DNA of 64,000 nucleotides from a virus. Its lineage: Duplodnaviria; Heunggongvirae; Uroviricota; Caudoviricetes. The position numbers were made by a program, and so were the translations under genes. Shown here piece after piece: positions 56,165 to 64,000 of this stretch (positions within the stretch are counted from its first letter, which is position 1; every line of letters starts with the position of its first letter). The notes under the pieces were generated by a model. The model ran no database searches. It was not told the origin of the DNA and saw only the letters and a list, made by a program, of their open reading frames with translations. The DNA lies in the IMG/VR virus record IMGVR_UViG_3300012983_000032, positions 29,793 to 93,792 of that record; one strand, 5' to 3'.

Positions 56165-57226
56165 ATGTCTATAACATTTAATCCTGAAAAATATCATATT
56201 ACTAAACCAGTAAGGCTTATTGAATTGTTTGCTGGTATTGGAAGTCAATCTAAGGCATTAGATAAACTTGGAGTAAATTACGTTCCGTGGAAAGTTTGTG
56301 AGTTCGACAAATATGCAGTTGCCTCTTATAATGCAGTGCACGGCACAAATTTTGAAACTTCTGACGTTTCTAAAATTACAGGTGCAGACCTAGAAATTGT
56401 AGACACTGATAAGTATGAATATATTATGACATACTCGTTTCCTTGCGTAGACCTTTCCTTGGCTGGTAAAAGAGCAGGTATGGATAAAAACAGTGGCACT
56501 CGTTCTTCCCTTCTTTGGCAAGTAGGGCGTCTTTTGACAGAAACCAAAGAACTTCCACAGGTACTTGTTATGGAAAATGTTCCACAGGTTCATAGTGCAT
56601 CTAATATGAGTGCATTTCAAGATTGGTGCAAGTTTTTGCAGGATAAAGGATATTCTTCTTATTACAAAGACCTCAATGCAGTGGACTACGGTATTCCTCA
56701 GAGACGTATGAGATGTATTATGGTTTCTATCCTTGGGGATTATATATACAAGTTTCCTAAACCTTTAGAAAAATCTGTAAAACTCGATGACTTCCTTGAT
56801 AAGATTCCTGACCCTAAGTTCTACATTGATAATAAAAAATCTAAAGAGCTTATCAATAATATTCTTGCAGATAAAATTAAATTACATAATGGTGCAAATG
56901 GTGTTATTGTAAAAGGGATGAGTGGTGAAAAATATCGTGCAGAATGTAAACCTACTGATATCTCAAGTACACTTTGTGCAAGAGATTGGAAAGGTTTCAA
57001 TAACTACGGTCAAACAGGTATTGTTGAAATGAACGGTGACACCCCAACTGCCGATAACCTGAAAATTCGTAGGCTCTCTACTGTTGAGTCTTGGAAACTT
57101 ATGGGCTTTACTGAGGAAGACCTTAGAAAAGCAGAAAAAGTAAACAGTAACACTCAATTACTAAAACAAGCTGGAAACTCAATTGTAGTTGACGTTTTAG
57201 TTAATGTATTCAAAGAATTATTTTAA
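56165..57226 (+). CDS. DNA (cytosine-5) methyltransferase
   Basis: Motif I LFAGIGS, motif IV SFPCVDLSLAG, motif VI ENV. The ATG at 56165 has RBS AGGTGA; the track TTG start at 56147 is less likely. Confidence 0.85.
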   Translation: MSITFNPEKYHITKPVRLIELFAGIGSQSKALDKLGVNYVPWKVCEFDKYAVASYNAVHGTNFETSDVSKITGADLEIVDTDKYEYIMTYSFPCVDLSLAGKRAGMDKNSGTRSSLLWQVGRLLTETKELPQVLVMENVPQVHSASNMSAFQDWCKFLQDKGYSSYYKDLNAVDYGIPQRRMRCIMVSILGDYIYKFPKPLEKSVKLDDFLDKIPDPKFYIDNKKSKELINNILADKIKLHNGANGVIVKGMSGEKYRAECKPTDISSTLCARDWKGFNNYGQTGIVEMNGDTPTADNLKIRRLSTVESWKLMGFTEEDLRKAEKVNSNTQLLKQAGNSIVVDVLVNVFKELF

Positions 57227-57285
57227 AAAATATAGGGAACAGGTTTAATATAAAAACCCAGAGTTCAACTCTGGGTTCAAATTCA

Positions 57286-59118
57286 CTAAGAAGTCTTCAT
57301 AAAAAGTACTTTCTGTCCGTCTATTTCTAGAACTTTACTATTTTCGTCTACGTAGTCGTCAAAAATATCTACGTCTGGATTACTTTCATAAAAAATATTT
57401 TCATAGATTTGTCTCAACTCAGGTTTTAAATCTTTTATATCAATACTCTCTGTCATTTTTATTTCTTCTCCTAAATACTTTTTCATATTCTCAAATTCAT
57501 TAGTAGTAGTTGCGTAGTAAGCACCATCAAACTCATAAGGTTTTATATACTTAAACGGAACACCATTTTTGATATTATAAAGTTTATTATCATAATAAAA
57601 ATTTAATGACCAATCTTTCTTAAACCTATCAATATCTTCTTTTGGAACCAATACATATGCTATACTTTTTCTTACCCTACCGTTACGACGACCTACAAAC
57701 ATATAATAGTTCTTCGCAATTTCGTCATTTTCTAAAGTAGGTACTTCAATACTACTTATATCTATCTTTGTAATATCTCCTCTTTTTTCAAGTTCGTCAA
57801 AAATTGTTGATGTGAAGCATTGGTATCCTTTATTATCAAACTCAGTAATATTAGAAACACTTTCTGCATTATGAATATCAAATACTTCTATACCACTATA
57901 ATTAAGAGATATACTACTTACCATTTCCGAAACGTTTTCTTTCTTTACTAAAGTTGCAGCAGACAATTTTCTCTCATACCCTCTTTTACCTCTTTTAGTT
58001 GAGTCAAATTTTATAAGGTAATAATTCTCTTGGATATTATTTATTTCATCTTGTGAAATTTCTATACCACCTACTTTATCGTCTACTACAGAAATATCCC
58101 AACCACCAAGGTCATTAATTTCCTTCATTTTTACTGTAAATGTTGGTCCGTGACCAGACGAATTTTCACTTTTAGTTTCAAGTCCAGTCCTTTTCAATAC
58201 CTGGATTTGATAAACATGAATCATTTCGTGAATAATAACTTCACACCAAGACTTTTCTGTACGTTCAGGTGGATTATTTTTTTCTCCAATACAAAACTCA
58301 GTTATTCTGTCTAAAAGAAAATCTTGCCTATTTGCTATATCTTTTGGACCTAATCCCCTATTAATAGTTCTATCTAATATACAATGTGTAACGTGTCCTG
58401 CAGTCTTTTTTGTAGACTTATAGGCTGTAACTCTAGTACCCTCTAAAGAAAGGTCACCATTAAAATATGCATCATTAAATGCTGCAAACATTTTACGGAT
58501 ATAAGACTCATTTATTCTAATAGACTTTTTATCAGAAATACCAAAAGACTGCCAACTTAATGGTTTTGCAGATTCAGGTTTTTTCTCGTCTACATACTCT
58601 CCACTTTTTCCCTCAACGGCAGCTTGTTCAGCAGGATTTAATTCATTTTTACTTACTGTTTCTTCACTTTCTACTTGTGCTGCGGGTGCAGTGTCATTAG
58701 GATTATCACCGCCTACAGTTGGTGGTAAGTCATTAGATTGTTCAACTTCTTTTTCTTCCTTATGAATAACACCATCTTTGGTAAGATTACCACCATTATT
58801 CTTTTCTGCTCTCTTTGCGGCTGCCTTTGCACGTCTTCTAGCAAGTTGTTCTTCTTTTTCTATAGTAATATCTTTGGCACCTGTCAAAATTATAATCTGA
58901 CCGTCCTCAGTATCTTTAATACCTTGAATCTTTGCAGAAACATACTTAACACCCTCATCAGGAAAAGATGTATTATAATTTACACCCCAAACGTAGTTAT
59001 TACCACTCTTATCTGTGAACTCTATTAACTTTCTAACAGCCCCAGAACTTATCTTAACATTCTTTATAATATAACTCGTAACTCTAATAGTTATCTTTTT
59101 TCCAACTGTAAACTTCAT
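57286..59118 (-). CDS. Large protein with a SprT/Wss1-like zinc-metalloprotease motif. Possibly virion-associated.
   Basis: EVIIHEMIHVYQ (HExxH). Lys/Ala-rich N-terminal region. No GTTAATATA box. Confidence 0.4.
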   Translation of the reverse strand: MKFTVGKKITIRVTSYIIKNVKISSGAVRKLIEFTDKSGNNYVWGVNYNTSFPDEGVKYVSAKIQGIKDTEDGQIIILTGAKDITIEKEEQLARRRAKAAAKRAEKNNGGNLTKDGVIHKEEKEVEQSNDLPPTVGGDNPNDTAPAAQVESEETVSKNELNPAEQAAVEGKSGEYVDEKKPESAKPLSWQSFGISDKKSIRINESYIRKMFAAFNDAYFNGDLSLEGTRVTAYKSTKKTAGHVTHCILDRTINRGLGPKDIANRQDFLLDRITEFCIGEKNNPPERTEKSWCEVIIHEMIHVYQIQVLKRTGLETKSENSSGHGPTFTVKMKEINDLGGWDISVVDDKVGGIEISQDEINNIQENYYLIKFDSTKRGKRGYERKLSAATLVKKENVSEMVSSISLNYSGIEVFDIHNAESVSNITEFDNKGYQCFTSTIFDELEKRGDITKIDISSIEVPTLENDEIAKNYYMFVGRRNGRVRKSIAYVLVPKEDIDRFKKDWSLNFYYDNKLYNIKNGVPFKYIKPYEFDGAYYATTTNEFENMKKYLGEEIKMTESIDIKDLKPELRQIYENIFYESNPDVDIFDDYVDENSKVLEIDGQKVLFMKTS

Positions 59119-59149
59119 AAATAATTAGTTCCTATTCTTATTGTATTAA

Positions 59150-59186
59150 ACAAAAAACCCTAGTATTCTTATACTAGGGTTTTCAA
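59150..59186. terminator. Bidirectional terminator between fiber 1 and the SprT-like gene
   Basis: ccctagtattcttatactaggg flanked by A6 and TTTTC. Confidence 0.6.
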
Positions 59187-59204
59187 CTTTAGAATGTATC
59201 TATT

Positions 59205-61319
59205 CTAATCAGTAATATATGCTACAATTTCTTCCTGTTTTACAGATACTTCTGGGTCAACAATAATATTTTGTTCATATTGTTCTTCATTAACACCAGT
59301 AGGAAGTCCTAAGTCAAACTTTCCTTCATTTTCAGCAGTAACTACTACTTGTCCATCTACCACTTTCCATTCACCACAGTCAATGATAGAGTTTGAGTTC
59401 AAGATATGACCTGAAACATAAGGCATTGAGTGTACAACTTCTTTATTTGCACCTTCACCTTTACGGAAAATTACTTTAGAAGTATGTTCATTTTCTGCAT
59501 CTCCGTGGTGGAAAACAAATCCCTCATAACCATTATCAACATCACCATCTGTAATTTCAATTGGAGAATCTGCTAAGACAAGTTTGTTATTATCGTCTTT
59601 CTTATATCTTGGAATAAAGAAGTCTGTACCGTCACCTGTAACGATATCATTTACTGCTTCTTCTGTTGCAAGTGTACCACTCTTTGCTGGGAGTGTAACA
59701 GTAATATTTTCTGACTCTTCACCTTGAAGTTCAGTGTTTTCATTTTGTTTAATTGCTACACCAGGGATATAAGTAGTTGCGTCTTTCTTTGCACCTTTTA
59801 CTACAACACCTTCTGATTCAGTAATTGTAAGTTTATTATTAGACTCATTAAGTCCAGACTTAATTAAAGTCTTATTACCATTTTCCTTATAAATATCACC
59901 TAATGCACCTTCATTATCATCATCAATTAATGCGGCATTTGGAGATTCAATAATAAGAGTTGGTCCTGTAGAGTCGTCTACAATAGTTCTTGTTTCTACA
60001 AGACTTTCTTCACCATCTCTCTTTTTACCCTTAAAAATTACAGTACCTTGGAGTGCGTTATCTGCCTCAGTAATAGTATCGTCTGTACCAGCTGTTGCTA
60101 CAACTTCACCTTTAATACCAGTGATAGGAGAAGTATTATCAATAACACCCCATTTTCCATCACCATTATAAACAAGGTTATCACCACTGTTAATAAAACC
60201 TGTTGAAGATTCAACCTCAGTAGGTAATGCAAGTCTTGGACCAGAATAAGTCCAATAGTCACCTTTTACTAAATCTTCTTCTTTTACTAATGTTGAAGTA
60301 TCATCATCATTAGATGATTTTTCAGTTTGTGTTGGTAATGTAAACTCTGTTACATCTTGACCTAAAACAAAGGAACCTTGGAATTCCATAGCACCAATGA
60401 TTGTGTCAGGTAACTGTTTTAATGGTACTTTACCTTGATGGTCAAGGTCTGCCTTAGATTTGAATAATTGGTCTAGACCGTCTTTAACAGTTTTAATACT
60501 ACTGTCTTTAATTGCATTTTCGTCAGTGTCGTCGTCTGAATAAAGTACACCTGCTGAATCGTCTCTTTCACCAGCAGTATAATTTATTTTTTCTGAATTA
60601 TGTGTACCACCTGGGATTTTTACAAAATTACAGTCGTCAGCAGTAAGTGCTGCGTCATTTGTAAGTACGTCAGAAGTAACGGCAATATAGTCACCCTCTT
60701 CAAAAGTAATAGTTTCTGAACCGTTTACTACTTTAACTGTTTTATTAAGTACATAATAATATCCAGCTTTTACATTTGGTAATCCAAAGATATCTGCATA
60801 AGTTAAACTATTAAGATTAAGTCCATCAGCAGAAGTGTCTAACACCCCACCAAAACCTAACTTATGTCTATCAATATCTACTAATGCTTCTTGTACAGTT
60901 GTTGTACCTGGAAGATAATTTGTGTTACTATTATCAAATGAAGTCTCATTTGCAGAACCACCACCATTGTTAATTCTGTACCAAGCACCATTTGTATCAC
61001 CTAACTTTGAAGACCAGAAAGCATAGTCTCCTTTACGATAGTCAGGTTTATCTGGGTCAGAGTTTCCTTCCAAGAAAATATTTTCTTCAATGTAATAAAG
61101 AGCACCTTCAACTGGGTGTTCTGGGAGTTCAGTAATACTGTCTGTAGGAGTTAAAACACCATCACCACCAATTTTTACTTTACCACCTACACCGTCTGTA
61201 CCTACATAAAGTTCATATGTACGACCACTTACGTTGTTTAAGAATAATTCACCAGCATAAAGTTTTTCTTGTCCTTCTCTGGCAGCAATCTCACCTCTTG
61301 CAATTTGAATAACTTGCAT
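59205..61319 (-). CDS. Tail fiber / receptor-binding-like protein
   Basis: Gly/Asp/Asn/Thr-rich 704-aa beta-type sequence. It shares GKVPLKQLPDTIIGAMEFQG and TVQEAL motifs with the next gene. Confidence 0.5.
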   Translation of the reverse strand: MQVIQIARGEIAAREGQEKLYAGELFLNNVSGRTYELYVGTDGVGGKVKIGGDGVLTPTDSITELPEHPVEGALYYIEENIFLEGNSDPDKPDYRKGDYAFWSSKLGDTNGAWYRINNGGGSANETSFDNSNTNYLPGTTTVQEALVDIDRHKLGFGGVLDTSADGLNLNSLTYADIFGLPNVKAGYYYVLNKTVKVVNGSETITFEEGDYIAVTSDVLTNDAALTADDCNFVKIPGGTHNSEKINYTAGERDDSAGVLYSDDDTDENAIKDSSIKTVKDGLDQLFKSKADLDHQGKVPLKQLPDTIIGAMEFQGSFVLGQDVTEFTLPTQTEKSSNDDDTSTLVKEEDLVKGDYWTYSGPRLALPTEVESSTGFINSGDNLVYNGDGKWGVIDNTSPITGIKGEVVATAGTDDTITEADNALQGTVIFKGKKRDGEESLVETRTIVDDSTGPTLIIESPNAALIDDDNEGALGDIYKENGNKTLIKSGLNESNNKLTITESEGVVVKGAKKDATTYIPGVAIKQNENTELQGEESENITVTLPAKSGTLATEEAVNDIVTGDGTDFFIPRYKKDDNNKLVLADSPIEITDGDVDNGYEGFVFHHGDAENEHTSKVIFRKGEGANKEVVHSMPYVSGHILNSNSIIDCGEWKVVDGQVVVTAENEGKFDLGLPTGVNEEQYEQNIIVDPEVSVKQEEIVAYITD

Positions 61320-61486
61320 CTATTAAATCTCCTATCAATTTCAATTTTCTAATTTTAAAAATTAGTAAATATCATACTTTTTTAGCAATTATATATAAAT
61401 TAGTTATTTTGGGTTATTTTTATCCAATATTTAAGTAGTTTAATAATCCTTACTAATTATAAAACTCATTCAAAGGAGAATACAAC

Positions 61487-61768
61487 ATGTCTGAAGATTT
61501 TGAAGAAGTTGTAGAGGAAATCAAATCCTCTCCTAAAACAAAAATTAAATGGGTGTGTCCTGTTTGTGAGGGACAAGAGTTATTAAAACAGAAAGTTATC
61601 TGTCAGTCTGACGAAGAAATGGAAGTCCAAGTTACGACTGGTCTAGGAGAACTTTATGTGGAAGTTTCCAAGGGAAATGAAGTTTTGGAAAAAACAAAGT
61701 TTCCTATAAGATACTGTCCTTGGTGTGGTAGAAAGATAAGGGAAAAATATAAAAAATTAAAAAAATAA
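61487..61768 (+). CDS. Small zinc-ribbon protein
   Basis: CPVCEG ... CPWCG. RBS AAAGGAG. Confidence 0.4.
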   Translation: MSEDFEEVVEEIKSSPKTKIKWVCPVCEGQELLKQKVICQSDEEMEVQVTTGLGELYVEVSKGNEVLEKTKFPIRYCPWCGRKIREKYKKLKK

Positions 61769-61769
61769 A

Positions 61770-61808
61770 TTAAAAAGGCTGTCTAAAAGACAGCCTTTCT
61801 TTTTATAT
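61770..61808. terminator. Bidirectional terminator between convergent genes
   Basis: ggctgtctaaaagacagcc then TTTCTTTTT. Confidence 0.65.
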
Positions 61809-63846
61809 TACGTACAATCCCCCATCCAGACGGGAGTTTGAAGTCAGAATCACTCCCGAAACACTCGGCATTTCAACATAAACATCCTTTTCTGGTAAGA
61901 GTTCGTCAGTTCTTGGGTCAAAATACTGTGTATCCCTAGGGAATAATTTTCTACCAGGAACTATATGTGTAGTATTAGTATCTTGATTACCTACTAACAA
62001 AGACTTTGTTACCATTAAAGACCTTGGAGTCTTTACTTTATATCCGTTATCTGTTTTTTCAAGTTCTCCAATAACTGTATCTGACTCAAAAATAACGTTG
62101 CTGTCTGTACCTACATATGATTCATCACCAGTCTCTGGGTCAACAACTTTAACACCGTGCTTTTCGTTATTATATCTTTCGTCAGTATAATCTCTATAGT
62201 CGATAGAGTCAAGACCCTTTTCTCCGTCAATAGTATGAGTTGCATTATGAATATCTGTTTTACTGTTAAACAATAAATCAAATAATGCCCCACCAACTTG
62301 TTTAACTTTAGAGTCAATTAAAGTTGTTCTAGGACTTGCCTCATTATCTCTTTGGTCAGGTGTACCGTATACAGGGATAGTGCCCTCAGTACCAACAATA
62401 TCCTTTTTCCAATCAGTATCATTTACAAGAACACCACTTTGCTGTGGAAGAGTATGTGTTACATTTGTAGACTGAGAAGAGTGTGCATATACATCTGCAG
62501 TTAATTCACCCTCTAATAATCTACCGTCTGTACCAAACTGACCACCATTTGAAAGTGAATTATTAAGATTAGACCTTCTACCAAACTTAATATGTCTTGT
62601 TTCAATATTATTTACGTCTACAACAGGTGCGTGGAACTCTACTGAAAGAATCTCGTCATCATTATAAGTAGTGTTTCCACTTCTCATATGTTCTTCAATA
62701 GAAGTTGACTCAATATATCCGTCTTGTATAGATTTTGTTAGACGACCACCTATAAGAGTTACACCTTTTAACTTACCAATAATTTTAGAATTTAGAGTAG
62801 GTAAAATGAACTCTTGTCCGTCGTCCTGTTCAGAGTCTGCATAGAGAGTAGAAGCCTTACCAGAATTAACCTTAAATACAATTCCCGAATCTTTTGGTTC
62901 ACTTAATAATCCGTCCTCAATAAAGATATGAGGATTAATAAAGATATCACCATAGATATATTCATTATAGTGTTCAGTTTCACTACCAATAACTACATCA
63001 GAGTGTGTTTCTGTTACGTTAATACCTAACGCATTTTGGAAGTTTTTAATAGTAGAAACTGTAATAGTGTCATTTGCGTCGTCTGTATAAACAGGTAAAT
63101 GATAAATCTGAGAAGGACTCTTTGAAGTTTCTTTTGCCTGGTCAACAAGTCTAACACCAGCAGTAGTCATTACACTACCATTTTCATATATTACAAGTTT
63201 TCCGTCGGCTGCATGAGTTGGAATATCAATCAACATTGTATTATGTGTTGGGTTAAGATATTCTATTGCACCACCAACTTTTGTACCGTTAATTGTAAAG
63301 TTAATACCTGAAAGTTTATCGGTATTATCTATAACTTCCCAACGACCTTTACCATTACCAATATCTGTATATACAATCCAGTCACCATTATTTAATACTA
63401 ATGGTTCTCTAGAATGGTCACCAGTAGAAGTTATAGAGTCTTTATCAATGTAATATATATGTTTATAAGAAGTGCTTACAATGTAGTAATCACCTGGTTT
63501 ATTTTTTCTTGCACCACTATCAAGAGGACTTTCTTCGTCTCCTGCAACGTCAGGTTTTTCATTAGATGCAGTTGGCCAAGGATTTTGGTTATTTATATCT
63601 TGTGCAACACTGTTATCCAAAGCCAATCCAGATTTAACAGGGTCCCAAGTACCTTTATACTGCATAGCACCAAGAACAGTACTGTGCAACTGACTTAATG
63701 GTACTTTACCACTACTATCCAACATAGCCTTGTGTGACAACAAGTATGTTAAAGCGTCTTGTACATTTGTAAGTCCACTTGTTGAAATTATATGTTCAAG
63801 TTCGTCTTCATTGAAAGTTCCAATTTCTGTTTGCTGTTGAACTGCC
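61803..63846 (-). CDS. Tail fiber-like protein, paralog of 59205..61319. The downstream frame has no ATG near its start.
   Basis: NVQDALTYLLSHKAMLDSSGKVPLSQLHSTVLGAMQYKG aligns to the motif of the other fiber. The frame is open from the stop at 63847-49. The track start (63743) is a TTG. Confidence 0.45.
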
Positions 63847-64000
63847 TCAGTAGGGTCGAACTCAAGTTTTTTTGAATTAAATCCAGAAGGTACTAATATC
63901 CAACCTCTTTCATCGTTCTGCCATATAATAAAGTCGCCTCTTGTTGTAGTCCATTTTGTGGCATTACCTTTTAAGTCAGTCCCTTTTATTTCATACCCTG
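63793..64000 (-). pseudogene. Partial ORF running off the window edge in a different frame. It encodes a fiber N-terminal-like segment and is probably the 5' part of a frameshifted or split tail-fiber gene.
   Basis: ...TTTRGDFIIWQNDERGWILVPSG resembles YRKGDYAFWSSKLGDTNGAWYRINNGG of fiber 1. It ends NLNI* at about 63793, overlapping the downstream fiber frame. Confidence 0.35.

Noticed and set aside
1-64000. CRISPR arrays or tandem direct-repeat arrays
   Set aside because: No regularly spaced direct repeats were seen. The only repeats are the promoter boxes, terminator palindromes, the duplicated 48-nt leader and the in-CDS GC-rich repeats.

Overview
The window reads as a 64-kb segment of a large, very AT-rich dsDNA phage or phage-like element, with compact genes and near-continuous coding. 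The host is probably a spirochete: the window carries a complete FlaB-type flagellin whose N-terminus (MIINHNMS...) and core closely match the Treponema/Brachyspira type.

Layout:
- 0-34 kb is almost entirely minus-strand. It holds a DnaJ-DnaK-Hsp20 chaperone block, a standalone IS200/IS605-type TnpB, the flagellin, a helicase-MTase-like-glycosyltransferase operon, thymidine kinase, an RNA ligase, a metallophosphoesterase, an AEP-type primase, a beta-class DNA MTase and an SPFH operon.
- 34-57 kb is mostly plus-strand. It holds a family-A DNA polymerase ORF that stops after the NLQNIP motif, a second GT2 glycosyltransferase, an XPD-like helicase, a second RNA ligase, a Thg1-like protein, a polynucleotide kinase and a C5 cytosine MTase.
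- 57-64 kb is minus-strand again, with virion genes: a SprT-like large protein and two paralogous tail-fiber-like genes.

A GTTAATATA box (usually TTGTTAATATA) recurs about 25 times as a gene-oriented promoter, often directly after a terminator hairpin. In eight to ten cases it sits only 0-8 nt from the ATG with no SD, which suggests leaderless mRNAs. It is absent upstream of the virion genes.

The most unusual content is:
- a dispersed RNA-repair toolkit: two RNA ligases, a PNK kinase, a metallophosphatase and a Thg1-like protein;
- an operon of an SF2 helicase, one full NPPY MTase-like protein, two N-terminally truncated NPPY paralogs and a GT2 glycosyltransferase;
- a GC-rich structured RNA candidate in the 3' UTR of the SPFH gene;
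- a truncated or split PolA;
- a frameshifted tail-fiber paralog.

No tools were run, so all homology calls rest on motif recognition by eye.
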